DNA from: a virus
Taxonomy: Duplodnaviria; Caudoviricetes
Virus record (IMG/VR): IMGVR_UViG_2937884906_000001
Coordinates: 15,842-79,841 of that record
DNA: 64,000 nt
Direction: 5' to 3' (one strand)
The notes below the pieces were generated by a model that made no database searches, had not been told where the DNA came from, and was given only the letters and a program-made list of their open reading frames with translations. Of this stretch, positions 47,230 to 56,450 are shown one piece after another; position 1 is the stretch's first letter, and each line of letters begins with the position of its first letter. Made by a program: the position numbers and the translations under genes.

Positions 47230-48797
47230 ACGCCTTGTGCTTCCAGGTCCACGGCGACCACATAACGGAAATCTCCCGAACCCGCGTGATCGAGGGCCGC
47301 TTCGATCACGGCTACCGCATCCTCTATGAGGGCCTGCACGGGATCAGCGCGGACCAGGTGCTCTCAATCCTGCGAGGTGACAGCAAGCTCGAAGGCATCA
47401 ACGATCTTGACCTGATCGAGGACAACGACACTGAGTGGAAGGCCAAGCTCGAATACCACTTCGCCGGTGTCTGGGTCACGTCGGCCGGCCGGCATCTGCG
47501 CCCCTACGCCATTGTCACGTCGTGGGGACCTGACGACATGAAGCACGCCGCTCGGATCACCCCCGACAGCGACAGCGTGAAGACATCCAGTCTGATGCAG
47601 CCGATCGGCCAGGAAATGTCCGGGCGCAACCTGTATTACGCCGACGACCCCGACCGCGACGTGGTGAAGAGCCTGCGGTTCAAATCGAATGACCCGGACA
47701 TCGCGACCGCAAAGGACGGCACGGTGTCGATCCTCTTTAAGGAGATCAGAGGGTTCCCGATGACTCTCATGTCGGCACACCACGACCCGCAGAAGGCGCT
47801 GGATGCCTTCATCAACGCCGACCGCAATCTGGAGCGGCGCGGCTACTGCGACCTGTATCCGCGTGAATATTTCAAGGTGCGGTACGAATGCGAGAAGGTC
47901 ACCGACCCGGCGCCCGACGCCCAGACCCACATGACGATCAACGAGAACAGCCAGACCGACTTCAACACGATCGGCCGGTTCCGCAACAAAGTGATCGACG
48001 CCAAGCAGCGCGGCATGGAGCTGGAGGAATACGAGCACTACCAGAGCATCATGCTGAACAGGGACAGTCCCTTCCAGCAGCGGCTCGATGCACTCGATAA
48101 CGTCATGAAGCTCCAGAAGACGCTTGATCGAAGCATTCCCGACTGGCGGGAGGCGATCATCGAGCAGGCCGGACTCAGCTGGATCGAAATGGAGTTTAAT
48201 GGAAAGACGATCCGCTTTCCGAGAGCGCCGTTCGAGAACTGGTGCCTATGGCGCACGGACGGCGCCCACCTGGCCCCGCCCTGGCAGATCGTGTCGCCCC
48301 AAGGCGTCAAGATGATGGGTGATGATCCATACCACACCGACTTCCTGATTGGCGCCGGCCTCGAGCCGGATGCCATGATGCGGGACCGCATGTTCAACGA
48401 CGCTGTCTTCAAGCTCCGCGGCGAGGTCCAGCAGGAGAAGATGGGCTTCGAATGTGCGGTGCTCAGCGGCAAGGGCTCGGCCTGGGGCACGGTGGTCCAT
48501 CCGAAGGTGGGCGACTCCCTACCGGACGATGCGATCGTCGTGCTGAAGAGCGCATCGGCCAAATATCTGGACCTCGCTCTCCAGGCCAAGGGCGTGATCG
48601 TGGAGCGTGGTGGTGAAATGGCACACCTGATCACCGTTGCCCGGGAAAAGGACGCGATCATCGTCCGCGTTCCCGACGCTCTCAAGATCTACCCCGCCGA
48701 CGCTTCAGTCACGATCGACGCCTCCGAAGGCAAGGTCACTCTCCACGAGGGCGACATGAAGTCGATCTGGGAGTTCAGCCGTCGCCAGGCAGAATGA
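47226..48797 (+). CDS. Protein with C-terminal PEP-utilising-enzyme swivelling phosphohistidine domain
   Basis: VIVERGGEMAHLITVARE..IIV and VTIDASEGKV match the mobile-domain consensus GG.t.H..IvARE. Confidence 0.75.
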   Translation: MNALCFQVHGDHITEISRTRVIEGRFDHGYRILYEGLHGISADQVLSILRGDSKLEGINDLDLIEDNDTEWKAKLEYHFAGVWVTSAGRHLRPYAIVTSWGPDDMKHAARITPDSDSVKTSSLMQPIGQEMSGRNLYYADDPDRDVVKSLRFKSNDPDIATAKDGTVSILFKEIRGFPMTLMSAHHDPQKALDAFINADRNLERRGYCDLYPREYFKVRYECEKVTDPAPDAQTHMTINENSQTDFNTIGRFRNKVIDAKQRGMELEEYEHYQSIMLNRDSPFQQRLDALDNVMKLQKTLDRSIPDWREAIIEQAGLSWIEMEFNGKTIRFPRAPFENWCLWRTDGAHLAPPWQIVSPQGVKMMGDDPYHTDFLIGAGLEPDAMMRDRMFNDAVFKLRGEVQQEKMGFECAVLSGKGSAWGTVVHPKVGDSLPDDAIVVLKSASAKYLDLALQAKGVIVERGGEMAHLITVAREKDAIIVRVPDALKIYPADASVTIDASEGKVTLHEGDMKSIWEFSRRQAE

Positions 48798-48987
48798 CCC
48801 TAGCGCCGTGTCGTAGCTTCACGACGCGGCCCTCCTGCCCGCGCACGGCCTCCTCGTAGGCCGCCCGCGCCACGCGAATATTCTTCGCCACCGCCAACGT
48901 CTCATCCACCCGCAGATCGTCGCCGCTCCACAGCTCAACGTGGAATGCGAACTCTTCGATTGTGGGTGGATCGATGCGCCGTGCCAT
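48775..48987 (-). CDS. Small counter-oriented hypothetical protein
   Basis: FHVELWS..VDETLAVAKNIRVARAAYE..LRHGARVI. Confidence 0.6.
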   Translation of the reverse strand: MARRIDPPTIEEFAFHVELWSGDDLRVDETLAVAKNIRVARAAYEEAVRGQEGRVVKLRHGARVILPGDG

Positions 48988-49012
48988 GAATTTATTCCTA
49001 CACCCTGAACGG

Positions 49013-49258
49013 ATGGAGAACAAGGTGAAATCCTTCACTCTCGACGGCAAGCGGCACAAAATCCACCCCAAGATCCCGCTCCAACAGATCCGCTGGCTGA
49101 TCGGCCGGCAGCATGTCGGCACGCCCGACGCCGACATCGAGCAGTTGGTCGCCGCTCGCGCCAACGACTGGCCCAGGGCGGCGGTCGACTCCGGTAAGAA
49201 GTTCGCCGTCTGGTGCCACCGCAAGAACCAGGAGCTGGTGAGGGAGATGAGGCTGTGA
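49013..49258 (+). CDS. Hypothetical protein
   Basis: Small ORF, start uncertain. Confidence 0.5.
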   Translation: MENKVKSFTLDGKRHKIHPKIPLQQIRWLIGRQHVGTPDADIEQLVAARANDWPRAAVDSGKKFAVWCHRKNQELVREMRL

Positions 49259-49602
49259 CCGAACTCCGCACCAATGTCATGGTCCGCGGCGAAGCTCGTT
49301 TCGACATGGTTGGTCAAAAGCTGCCTTACAGCCTGCACGACACCGACGAGCAGATCAGCCCCGGCCTCGTGACCAGGCTCTATCGCTACGCCCTGCGCGA
49401 GCTGGTGGAGAGCGGCTTCGAAATCTCATCCTGGGACTGCGAGGTCTACACGATGGACGGCAATCTCCGCCCATCGGAGCGCTACTATTGCGTCGAGTTC
49501 ACCGGCCCCAAAGGCGGGATGATCGGTGTGCAGGGCATTATGACCAATTACGGTTGGCCATGCCTCGATCATGGCCTTTGCGTCGGGAGGGACAGGTCAT
49601 GA
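49255..49602 (+). CDS. Hypothetical protein
   Basis: GTGA-coupled ORF. Confidence 0.55.
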   Translation: MTELRTNVMVRGEARFDMVGQKLPYSLHDTDEQISPGLVTRLYRYALRELVESGFEISSWDCEVYTMDGNLRPSERYYCVEFTGPKGGMIGVQGIMTNYGWPCLDHGLCVGRDRS

Positions 49603-49814
49603 CCGTCCATCACTACACCCGCTGGACCTTCAAGGCCTCTCGGCTCGCCCACACCGAAGCCTGCCAGATCGAGGATGCCGATGTCTGGCGCCAGATCGGC
49701 ACCCCCGGCGAGCTCGGCTTCCTGCGCCTGCTTTCCAACTGGAACCGTGTCTCCGCCCGAGGCTTCGAGACCACCGGCATCCTCTACCTCTATCACCCGG
49801 AGTACAAACCATGA
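49599..49814 (+). CDS. Hypothetical protein
   Basis: ATGA-coupled ORF. Confidence 0.5.
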   Translation: MTVHHYTRWTFKASRLAHTEACQIEDADVWRQIGTPGELGFLRLLSNWNRVSARGFETTGILYLYHPEYKP

Positions 49815-49953
49815 GCATCCGTCACCAATACCAGCGCTGCAAGCCGGTGACCGACAAGAACATCGGCAAGAACCTGCTCAAGCGCGGGAAGAAGGACTAC
49901 TCAGCCGGCGGCGGCGCCAAGGAGCTGGCCCGGGCTGCGAAGAGGGCCGCGAA

Positions 49954-50163
49954 ATGACATGGGTTCCCTGCCAGCGCTGCAAGCTACTCACCCAGATCGA
50001 CCAGCTCGACAGCAAGCCGAAGATGACGCCCCTACTGCGGGTCATCAATGCGGCCCGAGGCCAGATCAAGATGCTGGCCTATGCAGCGGACCACGGGCAC
50101 GATTTCACCGTGCTCGAATGCAGGACCTGCTACGGCCCGGGCTGGTCGTCCAACACGGCCTGA
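49954..50163 (+). CDS. Small Cys-containing hypothetical protein
   Basis: CQRC...CRTC possible zinc finger. Confidence 0.5.
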   Translation: MTWVPCQRCKLLTQIDQLDSKPKMTPLLRVINAARGQIKMLAYAADHGHDFTVLECRTCYGPGWSSNTA

Positions 50164-51002
50164 ACCGTCGCGTGGCGCAGCTTCGGCTCGCCTCGCAACG
50201 TTCGCACCTTTGCCTTTACCCTGGACGCAAGCCACTCGACCTCGGGCTCGACCGCCGCCTTTGGCACCCCCACTGGCGGTCTCCCGCTACGAACTCGTTC
50301 CATGAGGCGCTCGCGCATCTGCTTTGTGACCGCGATGGTGGCGCGACCGACATATTTGCCCTCGCGTGCCATGATCCCGACCGTCTGCTTGCCGGGTTCC
50401 CGCTTGAGGCCGAGCAGCTCGAATTCGCCGACCTCCCAGCACTTCGTCTTGACCCAGATGTCGGACGGGCCGCTGCGATAAGGGCTGTTCCGGCGCTTCG
50501 AGACGATGCCCTCAAGGTCCATCTTCTCGGCTGCGGCGTAAAACTCAGCGCCGCCGCCCTCGACGTGCTGGCTGTACTGAATGATGCCCTCGGCCGGCTT
50601 GACCAGATCCCACAGGATCGCCTTGCGCTCAATCACTGGCCGCTTGCGAAGGTCCTCACCGTTCAGGTGCAGGATGTCAAAGGCCACGAAGGCGAGCAGC
50701 TCGGCATTCCAGGCCATACGTGAGTGCATCTGGCGGAAGTTCGGCCGCCCATCAGGCTCCGGCGCGATCATCTCGCCGTCTAGGATGAAGGCCTTGGCCG
50801 GCAACTTCTCGGCCGCGGCGACGATCGGCCAATAGCGCTTCGACCAGTCGTGCCCGTTCTTGGTGAAGGCCCGGGCGCCTGCCCAGTCAAGGATCAGCTG
50901 GGTGCGAAACCCGTCATATTTGATCTCGTGGATCCAGTCGTCGCTGACCGGCGGCTCGAGCACCAACTCTGGTTCCAATGGCTTGATGAACTTCAGACGC
51001 AT
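50130..51002 (-). CDS. ATP-dependent DNA ligase (LigD-type ligase domain only)
   Basis: EIKYDGFR, LDGE, AFDIL, EGIVSKR, WVKTK. Confidence 0.88.
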   Translation of the reverse strand: MRLKFIKPLEPELVLEPPVSDDWIHEIKYDGFRTQLILDWAGARAFTKNGHDWSKRYWPIVAAAEKLPAKAFILDGEMIAPEPDGRPNFRQMHSRMAWNAELLAFVAFDILHLNGEDLRKRPVIERKAILWDLVKPAEGIIQYSQHVEGGGAEFYAAAEKMDLEGIVSKRRNSPYRSGPSDIWVKTKCWEVGEFELLGLKREPGKQTVGIMAREGKYVGRATIAVTKQMRERLMERVRSGRPPVGVPKAAVEPEVEWLASRVKAKVRTLRGEPKLRHATVQAVLDDQPGP

Positions 51003-51079
51003 ACCCCACCCACCCCGCGATAAGTCACGAGGTCCAATTCTGTTCCGGAACAATTTAGCCGCTTTGAATTTAAAAGATA

Positions 51080-51262
51080 ATGACGAAGCTCTCCGACCTC
51101 GGCAAACCAAAACCAGGCCATCGGCATGGTGGCGACCCGGTGCGTGAAGAGGACAACTTCTACACCTGCAAAATCTGCGGGCAGAAGGTCGATATGCGCG
51201 ATCTGCGGCAGGTGTTCTGGCACGAAGAGCCAGACCATGAACCTTTAGAATACGACTCCTAA
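51080..51262 (+). CDS. Small zinc-binding-like protein
   Basis: FYTCKICGQKVDMRDLRQVFWH. Confidence 0.6.
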   Translation: MTKLSDLGKPKPGHRHGGDPVREEDNFYTCKICGQKVDMRDLRQVFWHEEPDHEPLEYDS

Positions 51263-51283
51263 CCCCGACATCACGGAGGAGCC

Positions 51284-51478
51284 ATGAAGCTCCGCGCCAT
51301 TTGGAGCCAGCGCTACCAGCACTGGGTGCTTTGCCATGACCAACCCTGTGAGAAGGGCGAGACGAGCGTCGTAGCCCGTCTCTACGACTGCGATGGGCCG
51401 GCGATCGCCGAGCGCTTCAACATTCACCACCACCCTCAACGCTACCTCACCCTCATGAAGGAGGTCTACGGACTATGA
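51284..51478 (+). CDS. Hypothetical protein
   Basis: GGAGGAG SD. Confidence 0.6.
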   Translation: MKLRAIWSQRYQHWVLCHDQPCEKGETSVVARLYDCDGPAIAERFNIHHHPQRYLTLMKEVYGL

Positions 51479-51756
51479 CCACCGCGCGCTACTTCTGCCT
51501 CGCCGTCTACGGCTTCAAGAAATGCTGCCCGGTCCACCTTGACCCCTACACCAAGAACAACGCCGAGCGCGCCAAGCGGTGGCAGATGGTGGCCGACCAA
51601 GGTGGCCAGGACAACTTCCACATCGTCACGGTGCATCCGACCGAACGCGGCACCTTCGTGTCGGTCGAGACCGGCGCCCACTTCGAGGCGAGCCAAATGG
51701 CCTACACCAAGGAGGCCTGGGACCGCTTCCTCGACCGGATGTGGCCCCCGGCGTGA
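51475..51756 (+). CDS. Hypothetical protein
   Basis: ATGA-coupled ORF. Confidence 0.55.
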   Translation: MTTARYFCLAVYGFKKCCPVHLDPYTKNNAERAKRWQMVADQGGQDNFHIVTVHPTERGTFVSVETGAHFEASQMAYTKEAWDRFLDRMWPPA

Positions 51757-51959
51757 ACCAGCGCCACAAGGCGATGCTGAAGATCCTGAAGCTGTCCGAC
51801 GTGACCACCGCGCGTGGCTTCACCGAGAACGAGGTCCGCACGGCCGACGCCAAGATCCAGCAGCTGATGGAAACCCACAAACTTGAGTTCAGAAAACCCC
51901 GCCGGCGCCGCTGGTGGGCATCCATTTGGAGATTGAGATGGCGTTCCCTAACCACATGA
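51753..51959 (+). CDS. DUF2786-like small protein
   Basis: KILKL..TENEVRTADAKIQQLMETHKL helix pattern. Confidence 0.45.
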   Translation: MNQRHKAMLKILKLSDVTTARGFTENEVRTADAKIQQLMETHKLEFRKPRRRRWWASIWRLRWRSLTT

Positions 51960-52246
51960 GGCCGATCGAGGCCACGATCGTCGGCAATCTGATCAAGAAG
52001 GCCCTGGGCCTGGGCTGGACAGTGTCGGTCTACGACGGCGAGGAGTGGGCTCTCCAGCAGTCCAGTGACTACGAGGCGATCACCACCGAGATCGCTGCCA
52101 CCGACGAGACCCAGATCATCTTCCGCGGTGGTATCGGCCAGAGGATCGGCTGGCTGCAGCTCATCCACGGCAACGACGAAGACGTGATCTCAGACCACAC
52201 CGACAACATAGCCATGGGGCTGTTGGTGCAGGGTCTCGCCGCATGA
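51938..52246 (+). CDS. Hypothetical phage protein
   Basis: GWTVSVYDGEE..TDETQ..GNDEDVISDH. Confidence 0.6.
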   Translation: MAFPNHMRPIEATIVGNLIKKALGLGWTVSVYDGEEWALQQSSDYEAITTEIAATDETQIIFRGGIGQRIGWLQLIHGNDEDVISDHTDNIAMGLLVQGLAA

Positions 52247-52527
52247 AAATCGTTGTTCAGACCCTGGCGATCGACGATCGCAACGGCACCCAGTCCATGG
52301 CCTTCGCCACCGAGGACGAGCTCTATCGCTACCTCTACGATGATGTGATCGCCTGCAACAGCGACCTCCTCACCTACGAGCAGTTCCTGGAAGACCCCTG
52401 GGACTACATCCCGAAATTCAGCGGCGATCTGGACACCTACTCGGCCGACGAGGTGGTGCTCGACATCCCGCTCTGGCGGATCCTCCGCGACAATCTGAAA
52501 ACGAAACTGGAGAAGTGGCTACCATGA
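52243..52527 (+). CDS. Hypothetical protein
   Basis: ATGA-coupled ORF. Confidence 0.55.
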   Translation: MKIVVQTLAIDDRNGTQSMAFATEDELYRYLYDDVIACNSDLLTYEQFLEDPWDYIPKFSGDLDTYSADEVVLDIPLWRILRDNLKTKLEKWLP

Positions 52528-52946
52528 ACGTCGACGCCATCAACAATCTGGCCGGCTTCCTCGAAAACATCCCGAGCAAGCACAATCGCGGCTTCAACAT
52601 GGGCAGTTATACCGGTCCCACCGACCCCGACGAGAGCACCAACGTTGGCTTCCAGTGCAACAGCACGGCATGTATCGCCGGTTGGGCATGCCTTGTGGTG
52701 GGCGAGAAGGGTCAGATCCGGAAAACCGCTCGCAGCACCAAAGACGTCCCCAGTCGTTACGAGGATTTCGCCGCCGATCTTCTCGACCTCGACTACCGCA
52801 CCAGCAAACAACTGTTCGAGCCAATGAACGTAGGCCCTCACGTCAATGCTGACGTCGACTGGGACAAGATCACGCCCCGGCAGGCCGCCAAGGTTCTGCG
52901 CCACCTCGCGAAAACGGGAGAAGCCGATTGGTCGATCGCGCTGTGA
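52524..52946 (+). CDS. Hypothetical phage protein
   Basis: FNMGSY..CNSTACIAGWA..AAKVLRH. Confidence 0.6.
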   Translation: MNVDAINNLAGFLENIPSKHNRGFNMGSYTGPTDPDESTNVGFQCNSTACIAGWACLVVGEKGQIRKTARSTKDVPSRYEDFAADLLDLDYRTSKQLFEPMNVGPHVNADVDWDKITPRQAAKVLRHLAKTGEADWSIAL

Positions 52947-53188
52947 ACATCAACCCCAACACCCTGGCCAACATCTGCGCCGTTGCGGCGGAACGCTTCA
53001 AAAACCACGCGAAGGAGTTCTGCAAGCTGATCGATTACAAGCCGAAGGCCAACACCGGCACGACGATCGACATGATCCCTCACGGTGAAGGCGCCCGTCG
53101 CTTGGCAGAGCAGTTCGAGCTGCAGGCCAAGGAAGCCGAGGAATACGCTGCCATCTTCGCGGAGGCAGACACCATAAAAGTGAGCTAG
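52943..53188 (+). CDS. Hypothetical protein
   Basis: GTGA-coupled ORF. Confidence 0.55.
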   Translation: MNINPNTLANICAVAAERFKNHAKEFCKLIDYKPKANTGTTIDMIPHGEGARRLAEQFELQAKEAEEYAAIFAEADTIKVS

Positions 53189-53388
53189 TCCTTGTCCGAC
53201 TGGCGTTCACGTCGCTCGATCTCGCGCTCCACGGCCTCACGGATAAACGCCGCCCGCCGATTTTTTCCGCCTGCAATTTGATCAATCTTCTCCGCCATGC
53301 CCTTGGGCAGTCGGACAAGTATTGGCTTCACATTCAATGGCGGGCGTCCCATTCGCCTGCGACTATCCGATATCGGTATTTGAGTCAA
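53185..53388 (-). CDS. Ribbon-helix-helix repressor with GRPP motif
   Basis: MGRPPLNVKPILVRLP..KIDQIA..RAAFIREAVE; TTG start with GGAGAG SD. Confidence 0.8.
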   Translation of the reverse strand: MTQIPISDSRRRMGRPPLNVKPILVRLPKGMAEKIDQIAGGKNRRAAFIREAVEREIERRERQSDKD

Positions 53389-53414
53389 TTCGCTCTCCTA
53401 TTCGATAGCGTTTA

Positions 53415-53440
53415 TTGACATATAACCGATATCGCTTATA
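53415..53440 (+). promoter_or_regulatory. Sigma70 promoter with palindromic operator in the spacer
   Basis: TTGACA followed by TATAACCGATATCGCTTATA; second CCGATATCGG at 53367-53376. Confidence 0.7.
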
Positions 53441-53472
53441 GCTTCAACCAGTAAACAGAACGAGGTGATCCC

Positions 53473-53871
53473 ATGAAAGCGCCTGACGGAACAGCCATCG
53501 TCGCCACCCTGGAAAACACACCCGGCACGTGTGGTGTCGTCTTTGAAAACGACGGCACCTGGGATTTCGATGGCAGTGGGACGGAGCACAATTACGACGG
53601 CCAGGAAACCGTCACCCGAGCCGACCAGACTGTCTTCATTGACGAAGATGGCAAGGAGTGGCTGGAAAGCCAACTGATCCCCGATAGCGCCAGGCCGCGG
53701 AAGAACATCAAGCCGTGGTTCCACGACCGTGAGCTCCGCCGGATCGAGATCGTCAACACGATCGAGTCCCTGATGGAGCGCACCACCGGCAAGAAGCTCA
53801 AGGTGGCCGAATGCGAGTACCTGACCCGCGCAGTCACTCTGTTGCTCACCAGATCGGAACCCGAGAAATGA
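53473..53871 (+). CDS. Hypothetical protein
   Basis: GAGGTG SD; first gene after the promoter. Confidence 0.65.
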   Translation: MKAPDGTAIVATLENTPGTCGVVFENDGTWDFDGSGTEHNYDGQETVTRADQTVFIDEDGKEWLESQLIPDSARPRKNIKPWFHDRELRRIEIVNTIESLMERTTGKKLKVAECEYLTRAVTLLLTRSEPEK

Positions 53872-54152
53872 ACCTGTATTCGATCGAGCTGAAGATCGCC
53901 GCCACGGCCTACATCAAGGCCGTGGACGAGGAGCAGGCCCTGGCCGCGGCCATGGACATGGTCGGCAACGGCATCGAGCTGAGTGAAGACCTGTGCGCTG
54001 GTATCCCCATCACCGGCCGCCGTTTTGACGACGAGGACCTCCCCGAAGTCAGCCTATCGCCGGCGATGACGATCGACAGCTTGTGGAGCCCCGATACCAC
54101 GCCTGATCTTGCCGAGGAGGATGTGCCTGATGCGCCTGAAGATCGTCCCTAA
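53868..54152 (+). CDS. Hypothetical acidic protein
   Basis: ATGA-coupled ORF. Confidence 0.55.
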   Translation: MNLYSIELKIAATAYIKAVDEEQALAAAMDMVGNGIELSEDLCAGIPITGRRFDDEDLPEVSLSPAMTIDSLWSPDTTPDLAEEDVPDAPEDRP

Positions 54153-54194
54153 CGGCGCCGAGCGCCACATCCAACACCGGAGAAACTGCACATC

Positions 54195-55592
54195 ATGATC
54201 ACTGGCAAGACGCTGATCGACTGGGGCATCGACCCCAAAGGTAGAGGCAAGTGGTTCGGCGAAGCGATCCGCAACGCCAACATCCTCCATAGCCTCGGCC
54301 GGTCGGGGATGGAGATCCTCGCCGAGATCCGCAAGAGCGAACCCCAACTACCCCCCGAGATCCCACTCCGCACCAACTCACTGCCGTTCAACGTTTTCCT
54401 CGAGCCGGAGGACGAGATCGAGCACACCAACCTCAACCTGGTCGTCGAGGCCATGGACAAGCTGATGCGAGTGCCGACCGTCGAGAAGGCCGTCGTCATG
54501 CCCGACGCCTGCCCTGCCGGCATCATCCCGGTCGGCGGCGTGGTGGCCACCATGAATGCCATCCATCCCGGTTTCCACTCGGCCGACGTCTGCTGCTCGA
54601 TGGCGATCACCGTCTTCAAGCGCATGGAGGATCTGAAGAAGATCCTGGACGTTGCCCAGGAGGTCACTCATTTTGGCCCGGGTGGCCGTAGGGCGCTTCA
54701 CACGTCCATGGGTGCTTCCATTGGTCTGGTCGATCTTATCGACCGCATGGATGGTAACCGCTTCACGCAAGACCGCCAGTCAAAACACGGCGACATCGCC
54801 GAGACCAATCTCGGCACCCAGGGCGACGGGAACCACTTTCTGTTCGTCGGCGCGCTGCGCTCGACCGGTCAGCCCGCCATCGTGACCCATCACGGCTCCC
54901 GCGGACTCGGTGCGCTCGTCTACAAGCGAGGCTTGGCCGCGGCCAAGAAGCACACCGCGATCGTGTCGCCCAGGACCGACCCACAGGCCGCTTGGATCGA
55001 CGCCGACAGCGAGGCCGGCCAGGATTACTGGAAGGCGCTCCAGCTGGTGCGCGAGTGGACAAAGCTGAACCACTTCGTCCTCCACGACCGCATCCAGCAA
55101 CGCATTGGCAACTCCGTGGTCGATCGGTTCTGGAACGAGCATAATTTCGTGTTCCGGCGCGACGACGGCCTCTACTACCACGCCAAGGGTGCCACCCCGT
55201 CATTCGCCGGCTTCTCGGCTGACGACGACGGCCGGACCCTCATTCCTCTCAACATGGCGGAGCCGATTTTGGTCACGCGGCACGCCGACAAAGTCGAGGC
55301 GCTTGGCTTCTCACCACATGGCGCCGGCCGGAACATGAGCCGGACTGCCTACCTCCGCGACGTGATTGGAGACCGAGACGGTGCCGCTATCATGACGATG
55401 CTTCGCCGGAAGGTCGATGCCCGTTTCTATCTCGGCATCCCCGACCTGTCCGAACTGCCCGAGGCATACAAGAACGCCGAACAGGTTCAGCAGCAGATCA
55501 ACAAGCACGGCTTGGCGAAGGTGGTCGACTTCGTCGATCCCTACGGCTGCATCATGGCCGGCGAAATGCACTGGCAAAGGAAAACCAAATGA
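54195..55592 (+). CDS. rtcB: RtcB-family RNA ligase
   Basis: MPDAC, ADVCC, LGTQGDGNHF, THHGSRG, HNF, HAKGAT, PHGAGR, PEAYK. Confidence 0.92.
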   Translation: MITGKTLIDWGIDPKGRGKWFGEAIRNANILHSLGRSGMEILAEIRKSEPQLPPEIPLRTNSLPFNVFLEPEDEIEHTNLNLVVEAMDKLMRVPTVEKAVVMPDACPAGIIPVGGVVATMNAIHPGFHSADVCCSMAITVFKRMEDLKKILDVAQEVTHFGPGGRRALHTSMGASIGLVDLIDRMDGNRFTQDRQSKHGDIAETNLGTQGDGNHFLFVGALRSTGQPAIVTHHGSRGLGALVYKRGLAAAKKHTAIVSPRTDPQAAWIDADSEAGQDYWKALQLVREWTKLNHFVLHDRIQQRIGNSVVDRFWNEHNFVFRRDDGLYYHAKGATPSFAGFSADDDGRTLIPLNMAEPILVTRHADKVEALGFSPHGAGRNMSRTAYLRDVIGDRDGAAIMTMLRRKVDARFYLGIPDLSELPEAYKNAEQVQQQINKHGLAKVVDFVDPYGCIMAGEMHWQRKTK

Positions 55593-56245
55593 AGATCGAC
55601 CTCTTCTATATCGAGGGCGAGCACGACACCGTGCCGGGAATTGCCCGAGCCCTTGTCGCCACCGAGGCCGACGCCAAGAAGGAGGCCGAGGAACTGCTCA
55701 AGGCCGGCGCCCACGTTTACCGCCAGGACATGTCGGTCGAGGTCCCCCTCGCCTACAGCCATCTTGAAGTGGAGGCTGCGCTCTGCGTCTGGGAGCACCT
55801 ATGCGAGATCACCGTCGTTGGAGACCAGCCGGCCAGTCCTGAATGGATGAAATACCGGGAAGACGTCGGCTCGCTCGAGCTTCGGCACCACAGCATCGAC
55901 ATCGGCAAGTGGGTGCTCCAGGTCTACGACCTGCTGCCCGAATGGTACAGGGCTTCTGGCGCCTATGACTGGGAGATCGTCCCCGCGATCGTCAGCTGTC
56001 TCACGCCGGGTGAAGCTTTCCGCGACCCGGTCATGGCCCGAAGGGAGCTCCTGATCAGTCAGAGCGCCAAAGAGGAATACTTCCGGAGCTGCGATTGGCA
56101 CCTGAAGGCCTTCTACGGCATCACGATCGAAGACGCTGGCGTGGAGAAGGACGAATTTCTCCAGGTATGGTTCGACATCAATACCGACCCGGCCGAGCAG
56201 ATCAGGCGCTACGCCGAGAAGTACGATCTGGAGAAGATCAGATGA
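55589..56245 (+). CDS. Hypothetical protein
   Basis: ATGA-coupled to rtcB. Confidence 0.6.
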   Translation: MKIDLFYIEGEHDTVPGIARALVATEADAKKEAEELLKAGAHVYRQDMSVEVPLAYSHLEVEAALCVWEHLCEITVVGDQPASPEWMKYREDVGSLELRHHSIDIGKWVLQVYDLLPEWYRASGAYDWEIVPAIVSCLTPGEAFRDPVMARRELLISQSAKEEYFRSCDWHLKAFYGITIEDAGVEKDEFLQVWFDINTDPAEQIRRYAEKYDLEKIR

Positions 56246-56450
56246 CCGCCGACGACATCAATGTCCGCCTCAAGGTGGACATGAGCTGCTTCATCACGGT
56301 CGGCGTCTACGCCGGCCCGATAACTTCAGCGATGATCGCTGAGCACGTCTACGAGCTGGTCGTGCAAAGCAAGATGGTCGACCTGATAGACAAGGTCACG
56401 ATCGATGCCATCACCTTGGACGACAACACCACCCTCATTGAGGCAGGAAC

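Noticed and set aside
51035-51056. Alphaproteobacterial LexA box
   Set aside because: The site is an inverted GTTC-N2-GAAC, not the GTTC-N7-GTTC direct repeat
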